NCBI GenBank assembly: GCA_025062045.1
Contig: JANXAF010000003.1
Coordinates: forward strand, 41,444 to 105,443
Length of the DNA: 64,000 bases
Origin: Thermodesulfobacteriota bacterium
Lineage (GTDB): Bacteria; Desulfobacterota; Syntrophorhabdia; Syntrophorhabdales; JANXAF01
Reading direction: 5' to 3'
Part shown: positions 35,374 through 44,301 of the stretch, piece after piece
How the letters are laid out: each line of letters starts with the position of its first letter
Numbering within the stretch: the first letter of the stretch is position 1
Program-made: the position numbers and the translations under genes
Notes under the pieces: model-generated
What the model was told of the DNA's origin: nothing
Seen by the model: the letters and a program-made list of their open reading frames with translations, nothing else
Databases searched by the model: none

Positions 35374-36982
35374 GATAGTAGAAATCGGAAGAGAAGAAAA
35401 GGTAGACACGGAGATCAACGCACTTTATGAATCTTCAATGAAAAACCTTCAGGAAGGGAATATCCTTAAGGGAAAAGTCATAGCCATAAGTGAAGACTCG
35501 GTGATAGTCGATGTGGGACTGAAATCTGAGGGAAAGGTCCCCCTTAGTGAGTTTCTGGATCGGGAAGGGAAACCCAAAGTCTCTATAGGTGACACTTTTG
35601 AGGTAATGATTGTGGGGAAAGAGAAAGAGTTTGGACTTCTGCTTTTATCTAAACAGAAGGCCGACAACGTGAGGCTATGGGAAAGGATAAGACGATCTTT
35701 GGAAGGGGGAGAGTTCGTAGACGGAGAGATTATCTCCCAGGTAAAAGGCGGTTTTCTCGTTGATATAGGGATTAAAGCCTTCCTCCCTCTTAACCATGCG
35801 GATAAAAGGCCTGTGAAAAACCCGGAGTCATTTGTTGGAAGGAGATCTAAGTTCAAGGTACTAAAAGTTAATAACAAAAAAGGTGGTGTTGTTGTCTCGA
35901 GGAAGTTATACCTAATAGAGGAAGCGGAGAGGAAAAGAAGAGAGTTCTGGAAAAACGCTAAAGTGGGAGAAGCCATGTATGGGCTTGTAAGGAAAATAAG
36001 TGATGAGGGAGCGCTCGTTGATTTAGATGGGGTATCCGGTTTCCTCCCCGCTGAGGAGATAAGCTGGGGAAGAGTTTTACATCCCAGGGACTATCTCCGC
36101 CCCGGTGACGAAATTCGGGTGAAAATCATAGAGCTCGATAGGGAAAACGAAAATGTAAAGCTAAGTATGAGGAGGCTAAAACCAGATCCCTGGGAGAAGA
36201 TAGATGAAAAGTACAAAAAAGGTTCCAAGGTCCAGGGAAAAGTGGTCGGCTTAACGGATTACGGTGCCTTCGTGGAGCTTGAAAAAGGTGTTGAAGGTCT
36301 TTTACATGTAAGTGAGATAAGCTGGGACAAAAATTTAAAAAATCCAAAAGAGGTCCTTTCGAAGGGTAAGATTGTAGATGTTATGGTGCTTGATGTTGAC
36401 AAGGAGAAAAGAAGGATATCTCTGAGTATGAAGCAACTTTACGATCCGTGGGAGGTGGTACAGACTCTATACCCGCCCGGAACAGTGGTCACGGGAAAAA
36501 TAAAAAACTATACGGACTTTGGCATATTTGTTGGACTTGAGGAAGGAATAGATGGGTTAGTACACATATCTGAGGTATCATGGTCAAGAAGAAAATTACC
36601 GCTATCCGAGATGTTTAAAAAGGGTGAAACCGTTAAGGCCCTCGTTCTTAACGTTGATAAAGAGCAGAAGAAGTTTTCGTTGAGCATAAAAAGGCTAAAA
36701 ACCACCGATCCGTGGATGGGCATTTCCGAAAGATTGAAATCTGGAGATGTGGTGGAGGGATATGTTACGAGCATCGTCGATTTTGGAATCTTTGTAGAAA
36801 TTGAGGAGGGTGTTGAAGGACTTGTGCATGTATCACAGATGGACGGAGTCAAAGGCAAAAAGCCAGCGGACATTTTTAAAATCGACGAAAAGCTGAAGGT
36901 GAGAATTCTAAACGTGGATGAGAAAGCGAAAAAGATAGCTTTGAGCTTAAAAGGTGTTGAAATTGAAAAAGGGGAGGAGTAA
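35366..36982 (+). CDS. rpsA: 30S ribosomal protein S1
   Basis: About 538 aa. Has six recognisable S1 repeats (G..V.G.V......GAFV.l..g..GLlH.SE). The cmk-ispH-rpsA order is conserved. The ATG at 35366 follows a GGGGGA SD. Confidence 0.9.
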   Translation: MAEIVEIGREEKVDTEINALYESSMKNLQEGNILKGKVIAISEDSVIVDVGLKSEGKVPLSEFLDREGKPKVSIGDTFEVMIVGKEKEFGLLLLSKQKADNVRLWERIRRSLEGGEFVDGEIISQVKGGFLVDIGIKAFLPLNHADKRPVKNPESFVGRRSKFKVLKVNNKKGGVVVSRKLYLIEEAERKRREFWKNAKVGEAMYGLVRKISDEGALVDLDGVSGFLPAEEISWGRVLHPRDYLRPGDEIRVKIIELDRENENVKLSMRRLKPDPWEKIDEKYKKGSKVQGKVVGLTDYGAFVELEKGVEGLLHVSEISWDKNLKNPKEVLSKGKIVDVMVLDVDKEKRRISLSMKQLYDPWEVVQTLYPPGTVVTGKIKNYTDFGIFVGLEEGIDGLVHISEVSWSRRKLPLSEMFKKGETVKALVLNVDKEQKKFSLSIKRLKTTDPWMGISERLKSGDVVEGYVTSIVDFGIFVEIEEGVEGLVHVSQMDGVKGKKPADIFKIDEKLKVRILNVDEKAKKIALSLKGVEIEKGEE

Positions 36983-37155
36983 TGCCAATAAGCAAGGATC
37001 TACTCGAAATCCTTTGCTGTCCCAAGTGTAAAGGAGATGTGGTTCTTACAGAAAAGGAAGATGGTCTTGTTTGCCAAAGTTGTAAGCTCATTTATCCAAT
37101 AATCGATGATATTCCAATAATGCTTATCGATGAAGCGAAAAAGTTTGATACCTAA
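36982..37155 (+). CDS. Trm112/UPF0434-family small zinc-ribbon protein
   Basis: 57 aa, below the ORF-track cutoff and translated by hand: MPISKDLLEILCCPKCKGDVVLTEKEDGLVCQSCKLIYPIIDDIPIMLIDEAKKFDT. Its start overlaps the rpsA stop (TAATG). Confidence 0.8.
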   Translation: MPISKDLLEILCCPKCKGDVVLTEKEDGLVCQSCKLIYPIIDDIPIMLIDEAKKFDT

Positions 37156-37185
37156 GTTTTTTATGAAACCTGCCAGGACCTAGTT

Positions 37186-37989
37186 TCATTTCCTATTTCG
37201 GTAAACTAAGGATTCCACAAAAGACCCGAGATCCTGTAAGATCTCCTCCTTCTTGAGGTTTTTTTTGAGATAGGGGAAAAGATCGAAACCGATCATGCGA
37301 CCACATGCCCTGAGAAGTAAGACTTTCTCCTTTTTTTCGAGGTACAACTCTCCTTTTTTTTCAAAAGCCCTAACGTGTCTGTGGAGCCTGAGTATCATTT
37401 TAACTAAATCGTTTGGTCTTCTACTCATTCTTAGTTTTGCTCTGTCAAAGTCGAGAACGCAAAGTTTTTTCGAATCTATAGCAAGTATATTCAGTAGATG
37501 AAAATCAGGGTGGAACAGGCGTAGATTATAAAGCTCGGCAAGAAGCCGCGCAAGGGAATAAATGTACCTTGCCCTTCTTAGACCTCTCGTCTCTTTCAAA
37601 ACTTCCAAAAAGGGTTTGGAATTCTCAATCCGTTCCGTAATAAGGTAAAGCTTTTTAAAGAGAAGTCCCCTTTTGACAATTGCGCAGTAAGGAGTGGGGC
37701 AGATAAAACCCCTCTCTTTAAGGTAAAAGAGGACTGACAGCTCTCGGATTGCCCTTTTTTCCGAAAAGTAATTGTCTCTGGTTATGAGCCTTAGTAAGCC
37801 TCCGTGGACATATTTCCGTAACGCAAGAACCTTCCCGTCGCATTTTATAAATAGCACTTTTCCCCTTTTAAAAAGAGAAGCCTTTGAATAATTCTCCACC
37901 AGTCTTACAAGTTCGTATTGCGAAAGTACACTCCCTTTGAAGACTATCTTATAGCTCCCAATTGATATAGACTTTAATTCGCCGTTCAC
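37186..37989 (-). CDS. lipopolysaccharide-kinase (Kdo/WaaP/InaA) family protein kinase-like protein
   Basis: 267 aa. Has the catalytic-loop-like FHPDFHLLNIL and the metal-binding LDFDRA. Confidence 0.65.
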   Translation of the reverse strand: MNGELKSISIGSYKIVFKGSVLSQYELVRLVENYSKASLFKRGKVLFIKCDGKVLALRKYVHGGLLRLITRDNYFSEKRAIRELSVLFYLKERGFICPTPYCAIVKRGLLFKKLYLITERIENSKPFLEVLKETRGLRRARYIYSLARLLAELYNLRLFHPDFHLLNILAIDSKKLCVLDFDRAKLRMSRRPNDLVKMILRLHRHVRAFEKKGELYLEKKEKVLLLRACGRMIGFDLFPYLKKNLKKEEILQDLGSFVESLVYRNRK

Positions 37990-38702
37990 AGGAGGTACTG
38001 AGTTCTTACGCGTTTTAAACTCCTAAATATGTTCTTCTTAACGTCCGGGTTTATCGCTTCGAGTTCTTTTATGATCTCTTTCACCTTTCTTCTTTTGGAT
38101 GTGTCTTTTTGCGGACATAAAGATTCGATAACTGGCAGGCCTAAAGCCTCGGACAATTTTTTTAAGTACTTTTCCTCCACATAAGCAAGCGGCCTAATGA
38201 TGGCTAAAGTACCGCCGAACATCTCTTGGTACGGTCGCATCGTCGATATCTCCCCATTAAAAAAGAGGTTTAAAAGCATGGTTTCGGCTATATCGTCCAT
38301 ATGGTGTCCGAGGGCTATCTTTGTGCACTTTTCTTTTTTGGCCGTATCGAAAAGGGCCTTTCTTCTATTCCAGCTACACCAAAAACAGTCGAAATTTTTA
38401 TTTGTTTTCCACCAAGCTTCTGGGGGTGAAGCTATAACATAATCGATCGATTCCTTCTTAAAATATTTTACGAGACAATCCTTGTCTATCCACTCAAAGC
38501 CCATATCCACAAAACAAGCCAAGATCTCATACTTTTTAGGAACGAACCTTATCCTTTCCTTGAGTATCTTTAACATGCAGAGACTGTCCTTCCCGCCTGA
38601 GACCGCAACTAACACTCTATCTTTTTCGTCTATCATTTTATAATCCCAAATCGCCTTCCCTACCTTTTTGGATGTAAAGAAAAAGAGCCCGTCCACGTTC
38701 AT
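37986..38702 (-). CDS. PP-loop ATPase, TtcA-like tRNA thiolation enzyme
   Basis: 238 aa. Has the PP-loop VAVSGGKDS, GHHMDD, and Cys pairs (CFWCSW, LCPQKD). Confidence 0.75.
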   Translation of the reverse strand: MNVDGLFFFTSKKVGKAIWDYKMIDEKDRVLVAVSGGKDSLCMLKILKERIRFVPKKYEILACFVDMGFEWIDKDCLVKYFKKESIDYVIASPPEAWWKTNKNFDCFWCSWNRRKALFDTAKKEKCTKIALGHHMDDIAETMLLNLFFNGEISTMRPYQEMFGGTLAIIRPLAYVEEKYLKKLSEALGLPVIESLCPQKDTSKRRKVKEIIKELEAINPDVKKNIFRSLKRVRTQYLL

Positions 38703-39238
38703 ATGGCTTTAAGTAGATGATCGACGTCACTTTTAGCAAGCATTATGGCATCCTTTTTTTCGTCGCAACCTTTTGCTTCTATGTGACCTATGTGGTCAAT
38801 TCCCAAAAGATTAAAGGTCTTCCTAAACATGATGAGGGCCGAATCCATCATATCCTTATCATCTCCGCCACTGGTCATTAGAGTTATCGCTTTTTTACCT
38901 TTTATCCTGGAATTATAATTCCTGTCCATAAACGCCATCATTCTATCGATTACGAGTTTTAACTGGGCAGAAACCGAAAACCAGTAAACCGGTGAAGCAA
39001 AGACTATAATGTCAGAATCGTATACATACTTTCTAACATCCTTCATATCGTCTTTAATTTTGCAGTTGCCTTCATCTAGACACATAAGACAACCCTGACA
39101 TGGCCTTATGTTTAAATCGTTAAGGTAAAGAATCCTTACGGAGTGTCCTTTCTTTTCTAAACCCTCTATGAGGTGATTTAGAAGCCTTTTGGTATTTCCG
39201 TCCCTTCTTGGACTTCCGAAGAGAACTGTCACGTTCAT
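38699..39238 (-). CDS. iron-sulfur flavoprotein (Isf) / NADPH-dependent FMN reductase family
   Basis: Has MNVTVLFGSPRRDGNT (flavodoxin-like) and a compact C-x2-C-x2-C-x5-C motif (CQGCLMCLDEGNC). GGGAGG SD sits before the ATG at 39238. The track's 58-aa N-terminal extension is rejected. Confidence 0.8.
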   Translation of the reverse strand: MNVTVLFGSPRRDGNTKRLLNHLIEGLEKKGHSVRILYLNDLNIRPCQGCLMCLDEGNCKIKDDMKDVRKYVYDSDIIVFASPVYWFSVSAQLKLVIDRMMAFMDRNYNSRIKGKKAITLMTSGGDDKDMMDSALIMFRKTFNLLGIDHIGHIEAKGCDEKKDAIMLAKSDVDHLLKAI

Positions 39239-39338
39239 AAAGAACCTCCCTTTATCATTTTGGCTAAAAATAATAAACGAAAGAATGCGCCATGTAAAAT
39301 GGGTTTGAACCGTAAAACTTACACAGCTAAAATGGAAA

Positions 39339-39800
39339 GTGGTGCAAAATAGGTCTCTAGATCTATTAAAACTTACAGCGATCGTATTTTTTCTCTTTTT
39401 GGAGACAGAGATCATTCTTGTTAGAGTTTCGCCGGGAAAGACAATATACTACACTTCCGTGAAAGACGGAGACACTTTAGAACTTTCACACGTAAATTCT
39501 ATCTACGAAAGAGAGGTTAAAGAGGTGCTTAGAGTTGAAAGAGGTTATATAGAACTTTCAGAGGTTATTACAGACTCTTACGGAGTAAAAGAATACTACC
39601 TGCTTGACAACTTTGAAACTAAAAGGGGATGGAAAGTCATCCGCTTAAGGAACACAGAAGAGAGAAATTTTAGCTTGAAAATCAAAGATAGGTCTGTCGG
39701 AATTGAAAAATACGCGGACATGTCTATTGAGATAGAGATACGCGGAGCATTTTTTGCATACGGACTTTTTCTCATTCTGTGTTATATTTGGGTACATTAA
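39339..39800 (+). CDS. membrane-anchored hypothetical protein, DUF1850-like (TAXI-TRAP accessory?)
   Basis: 153 aa with a GTG start. Has an N-terminal TM helix. The central LELSHVNSIYEREVKEVLRVERGYIEL resembles the HSV...E.F.V core of DUF1850 as I remember it. The start is uncertain. Confidence 0.4.
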   Translation: MVQNRSLDLLKLTAIVFFLFLETEIILVRVSPGKTIYYTSVKDGDTLELSHVNSIYEREVKEVLRVERGYIELSEVITDSYGVKEYYLLDNFETKRGWKVIRLRNTEERNFSLKIKDRSVGIEKYADMSIEIEIRGAFFAYGLFLILCYIWVH

Positions 39801-39852
39801 CTTGTGTCTTACTTGTCACATAATATTAAAAACTTCCTAATGGGGGTGCCAT

Positions 39853-41406
39853 ATGCATCTTGGCCAGCTATTAGAAAGGTCCGCAACACTTTATCCTTCA
39901 AAAAAGGCTATGATTTGCCACTCGGGAAGATTCACCTACAGAGAGGTTAGAGAAAGGGTATTAAGACTCTGCAACCTTTTAAGAAAAAATGGAATAGGGC
40001 CAAAAAGAAGCGTTGCCATCATCTCGTACAACTGCCACAGATTCTTTGAAGCGTACTTTTCGTGCGCCATCGTCGGCGCATTTCTCGTTCCCATAAACTT
40101 TAGACTAAGTCCTCAAGAGGTGCACTTCATCCTAAAAGATGCTGAAGTCTCTCTACTCATTAGCCATTTCGATTTTGAACATTTACTTTCCGACTGGATA
40201 CGTAATGAGGGGAAAAACGTACCGGTTTTTTGGATAGATCCGCCAAGCGATGACTATCAATCGTACGAACGGGCCATTTCAGGTGAATCTTCAATTTATG
40301 ACGAAAAATGGGGACCGGGAGACGATCTTACTGCTCAAATATATTACACCAGCGGCACAACCGGGAGGCCAAAAGGGGTGATGCTCTCCCATAAAAACTG
40401 TTACATTCACGCCCTTTCTGCTATTGCTGAACTTAAGCTTACGGATGAAGATGTGTGGTTACATGTCGCTCCCATGTTCCACCTGGCCGATGCATGGGCC
40501 ACATGGGCAGTAACCTGGGTTGGAGGAACCCATGTGATGGTAAAGAGGTTCGATCCGAAAGAAGTGTTAGAGACGATCGAAAAAGAAAAGGTCACGATAA
40601 CTAACATGATTCCAACGATGTTGAACCTTCTCGTAAAGCATCCGGATTTTCGAAAGTTTGACTACTCGAGCTTAAGAGTCATGTTAAGCGGAGGAGCTCC
40701 GATAGCACCTGAGCTTGTGCGAATGATAATGGAAGGTTTCGGATGTGACTACATTCAGACTTACGGTATGACCGAGACAAGTCCCTACCTTACTGTATCG
40801 ATACTTAAAGACCATCTCAAAAAACTTCCTCCGGAAGAACAGTTCACATTCAAAGCAAAGACGGGAAGACCGTTTTTGTGTATCGATCTTAAAGTTGTAA
40901 GAGATGATGGAAAAGAGGTGGAGCCAGACGGAAAGGAAGTCGGAGAAATAATAGTAAAAGGTGACAGCGTTATGAGTGGATACTGGAAATTACCAGAGGA
41001 GACACAGAAAACACTAAAAGACGGATGGCTTTATACAGGGGATCTGGCCACAATAGACAAAGAAGGTTACGTAAACATAGTCGATAGAAAAAAGGATATG
41101 ATAATAACTGGAGGTGAAAATGTCTATTCCACCGAGGTGGAGGCGGTTCTTTACGAAAATCCAAAAGTGTTAGAGGCCGCTGTCTTCGGTTTGCCAGACG
41201 AGGTGTGGGGAGAGATAGTCTGCGCTGCAGTTGTACTTAAGCCAGAAACTTACGCGAATGAACAGGAATTGATAGATTTTTGTAAGGAGCGGCTTGCAAG
41301 ATACAAAGCGCCTAAAAAGATTTTCTTTTTGGATGAGTTGCCCAAAACTGGGTCGGGAAAAATTGCCAAAAGGATTTTGAGGGAGCAGTTCAAGAGTGAA
41401 AAGTAG
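39853..41406 (+). CDS. AMP-dependent acyl-/aryl-CoA ligase (FadD/MenE-like clade)
   Basis: 517 aa. Has YTSGTTGRPKGVMLSH, YGMTET, TGDLATIDKEGY and PKTGSGKI. Confidence 0.85.
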   Translation: MHLGQLLERSATLYPSKKAMICHSGRFTYREVRERVLRLCNLLRKNGIGPKRSVAIISYNCHRFFEAYFSCAIVGAFLVPINFRLSPQEVHFILKDAEVSLLISHFDFEHLLSDWIRNEGKNVPVFWIDPPSDDYQSYERAISGESSIYDEKWGPGDDLTAQIYYTSGTTGRPKGVMLSHKNCYIHALSAIAELKLTDEDVWLHVAPMFHLADAWATWAVTWVGGTHVMVKRFDPKEVLETIEKEKVTITNMIPTMLNLLVKHPDFRKFDYSSLRVMLSGGAPIAPELVRMIMEGFGCDYIQTYGMTETSPYLTVSILKDHLKKLPPEEQFTFKAKTGRPFLCIDLKVVRDDGKEVEPDGKEVGEIIVKGDSVMSGYWKLPEETQKTLKDGWLYTGDLATIDKEGYVNIVDRKKDMIITGGENVYSTEVEAVLYENPKVLEAAVFGLPDEVWGEIVCAAVVLKPETYANEQELIDFCKERLARYKAPKKIFFLDELPKTGSGKIAKRILREQFKSEK

Positions 41407-41425
41407 AATCAAGTTCAAAAATTCC

Positions 41426-41454
41426 TTGACAAAGGGGCTATGCACATATATTGT
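41426..41454 (+). promoter_or_regulatory. putative sigma70-type promoter for the second TAXI-TRAP transporter genes
   Basis: TTGACA (41426-41431), a 17-nt spacer, TATTGT (41449-41454). GGAGGGG SD sits before the ATG at 41485. Confidence 0.4.
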
Positions 41455-41484
41455 ATACAGAAACAAAAATGAAGGAGGGGTCCC

Positions 41485-42432
41485 ATGAAAAAAATTGTGT
41501 TTGTGGCCACAATTTTAACTTTTATGCTTTCGGCGTCTCTTGGTTTAGCACAGACGAAGATCACAATCGCGACTGGCGGGACAGGAGGCGTATACTATCC
41601 TTACGGGGGCACAATGGCTGAGATTATATCGAAGTACGTTCCGGGCGTTACGGCGACTGCGGAGGTAACGGGCGCTTCAGTTGAGAATGTGAGGCTTGTC
41701 GGTTTAAAAAAGGCGGAGCTTGGCCTTGCAATGAACGACACAGTATACCAGGCGTATAAGGGAGAGGGAAAGTTTGCGGATGGAAAGATAGACTCTTTAA
41801 GAACTGTCTTTCAGATGTATCCTAATCTCTATCACATTGTGACACTAAAGAAATATCCAATTTACAGAATTTCGGATTTGAAAGGCAAAAAAGTCTCTGT
41901 TGGCGCACCCGGAAGTGGAACAGAACTCAAGACGAGCCAGGTTCTTCCCGCCTTAGGGGTTCATTACAAAGACATGAAGGTTTTTAGGCTCTCTTTTGCT
42001 GAGAACACAACACAGCTTAGGGACGGAACGATTGAAGTTGGTATATGGTCTGTTGCTCCACCGACTTCTTCTATCATAGATCTTGCAACAACCCACGAGA
42101 TCAGATTCATTCCGTTCTCGAAAGAAGAGATAGAGATAATAGAAAAATCCTACCCCTATTATGTTGCTACAGTCATTCCAAAAAATACTTACAAAGGTCA
42201 AACAGAAGACGTGCCCACGATTGCGGTTTGGAATTCAGTTGTCTGCCACAAAGATCTGCCAGAGGATCTTGTTTACAGGATCACGAAGGCAATCTTTGAA
42301 AATAAAAAGATGTTGGTGGACACCCACAAAATTGCTGAATTTACTAGTCCGGAAATTTCGGCTACAAAGAGCCCGATCCCCATACACCCTGGGGCCTTAA
42401 GATACTACAAGGAGATTAAGGTTATAAAGTAA
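41485..42432 (+). CDS. TAXI-family TRAP solute-binding protein
   Basis: 315 aa with a signal peptide. Has the hallmark TIATGGTGGVYYPYGG. Confidence 0.9.
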   Translation: MKKIVFVATILTFMLSASLGLAQTKITIATGGTGGVYYPYGGTMAEIISKYVPGVTATAEVTGASVENVRLVGLKKAELGLAMNDTVYQAYKGEGKFADGKIDSLRTVFQMYPNLYHIVTLKKYPIYRISDLKGKKVSVGAPGSGTELKTSQVLPALGVHYKDMKVFRLSFAENTTQLRDGTIEVGIWSVAPPTSSIIDLATTHEIRFIPFSKEEIEIIEKSYPYYVATVIPKNTYKGQTEDVPTIAVWNSVVCHKDLPEDLVYRITKAIFENKKMLVDTHKIAEFTSPEISATKSPIPIHPGALRYYKEIKVIK

Positions 42433-42450
42433 CCTAAAAAGAGAGGGGCC

Positions 42451-44301
42451 ATGACAAAACTCGCAAAAATAGTGGGGGTTCTTTTTGCCGTTGCAATGTC
42501 ACTTTTTCACCTTTACACCGGAGGATTTGGAAGTTTAGATCCGTGGACACAAAGGGTCGTGCATTTAAGTTTGGGTCTTGTTGTGGCCTTCCTCACCTAT
42601 CCTGCCCTGAAAGGAAAAGAGATAGGGTTACTCGATGTTGTTCTTTCGGGCCTCAGTATTCTTTCGGGACTCTACATACTCGTCAACATGGACGCTATCA
42701 TCGATCGGGCAGGAATGCCAAGCAAATGGGATGTCTTCTTTGGGTTACTAACAATCGGTCTTGTTCTTGAAATGACAAGAAGGGTCATAGGGCTTCCCCT
42801 CGTGATTGTAGCCCTCGTTTTTCTCTTCTATGCCTATTTTGGTCCATACCTTCCGTCAACAATAGCCCACAAGGGATACGACTTAGAGAGGATAGCGGCC
42901 CATATGTATACCACCTTAGAGGGGATATACGGCATACCGATTGGTGTTTCAGCAACGTTCGTAATACTTTTCGTTATTTTTGGCGCATTTCTAGAGGCTA
43001 CAAAGACGGGAGATTTTTTTATTAATCTCGCCAATAGTATAGCAGGCAAGGCCGTAGGTGGACCGGCAAAGGTTGCGGTGATATCTAGTGGTTTTTTTGG
43101 CACAATTTCTGGAAGTGCTGTGGCAAATGTCGTAGGAACTGGAACGTACACGATTCCTCTTATGAAAAAAACAGGCTATCGTCCCCATTTTGCTGGAGCC
43201 GTTGAAGCTGTTGCATCAAGCGGCGGACAACTGATGCCTCCCGTTATGGGAGCTGCGGCATTCGTTATATCAGAGATGACAGGAATAAGCTATCTCAACA
43301 TATGTATCGCCGCACTAATTCCGGCAATACTTTACTACACAGGACTTTTTACAGCGGTTCATCTTGAGGCGAAAAGATCGGGTCTTAGGGGACTTACAGA
43401 CGAAGAAGTTCCAAAACTTGGCCACACCTTGAAGAGTCAGGGATACCTTGCAATATCTGCGTTTGTTCTCGTTTATTTTCTCGCCGTAAGACTTACATCT
43501 CCTTCTTATGCTGCCTTTTGGGCAATTATATCGGCAATTATACTGAGTTTTGTAAAAAAAGAGACAAGACTCGGGGTTCGGGGATTTGTTAGAGCATTAG
43601 AGGCCGGGGCCAAAGGGGCGTTAAGTGTTGTTGCAGCGTGTGCCGCCGCAGGGATTGTCGTTGGAGTTGTCACGCTTACGGGATTGGGTCTTAAATTTTC
43701 AGGGATGGTTCTTTCTTTGGCTCATGGAAACATTTATTTAACTCTCATCTTCACAATGATCGCCTCTTTGATACTCGGTATGGGTCTTCCAACAACAGCG
43801 GCGTACATAATATGTGCTATCCTTGCCGTACCGGCCCTCAAAAATCTTGGAGTGAACGTGCTTGCAGCCCACCTTTTTGTCTTTTACTTTGCCATCATAT
43901 CAGCGATAACTCCACCCGTCGCACTTGCAGCCTATGCGGGAGCAGGGATTGCAAAAAGTGACCCCATGAAGACAGGCTGGACTGCATGTAGGATCGGGCT
44001 TGCCGCATTCATAATTCCTTACATATTCGTCTTTAATCCGGCTCTTCTAATGCAGGGTAAGTTTTTAGAAATACTGTGGATCAGCCTTACCGCATTTGTT
44101 GGGACGTCTTTACTTGCATCGTCAACCATAGGCTGGCTTTTGACGAATCTCTCTATCTGGGAAAGAGCATTAGTATTTTTTAGCTCAATATGCCTAATTG
44201 AGCCTAGGCTCACGACTGACCTCCTATCCCTTCTCTTTTTCTTGCCGGTACTCCTAAACCAGCTGAGACTTTCAAGAAGAAAAAAATTTACCGCTAATTA
44301 G
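42451..44301 (+). CDS. TRAP transporter fused permease (TAXI-associated)
   Basis: 616 aa and polytopic. Has GGPAKVAVISSGFFGTISGSAVANVVGTGTYTIPLMKKTGY. Confidence 0.9.
   Translation: MTKLAKIVGVLFAVAMSLFHLYTGGFGSLDPWTQRVVHLSLGLVVAFLTYPALKGKEIGLLDVVLSGLSILSGLYILVNMDAIIDRAGMPSKWDVFFGLLTIGLVLEMTRRVIGLPLVIVALVFLFYAYFGPYLPSTIAHKGYDLERIAAHMYTTLEGIYGIPIGVSATFVILFVIFGAFLEATKTGDFFINLANSIAGKAVGGPAKVAVISSGFFGTISGSAVANVVGTGTYTIPLMKKTGYRPHFAGAVEAVASSGGQLMPPVMGAAAFVISEMTGISYLNICIAALIPAILYYTGLFTAVHLEAKRSGLRGLTDEEVPKLGHTLKSQGYLAISAFVLVYFLAVRLTSPSYAAFWAIISAIILSFVKKETRLGVRGFVRALEAGAKGALSVVAACAAAGIVVGVVTLTGLGLKFSGMVLSLAHGNIYLTLIFTMIASLILGMGLPTTAAYIICAILAVPALKNLGVNVLAAHLFVFYFAIISAITPPVALAAYAGAGIAKSDPMKTGWTACRIGLAAFIIPYIFVFNPALLMQGKFLEILWISLTAFVGTSLLASSTIGWLLTNLSIWERALVFFSSICLIEPRLTTDLLSLLFFLPVLLNQLRLSRRKKFTAN

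Noticed and set aside
38699-39415. The track's 238-aa version of the flavoprotein, with a 58-aa N-terminal extension.
   Set aside because: The extension is hydrophobic/Cys-rich junk with no SD. A GGGAGG precedes the internal ATG at 39238, which gives a canonical flavodoxin-like N-terminus (MNVTVLFGSPR).
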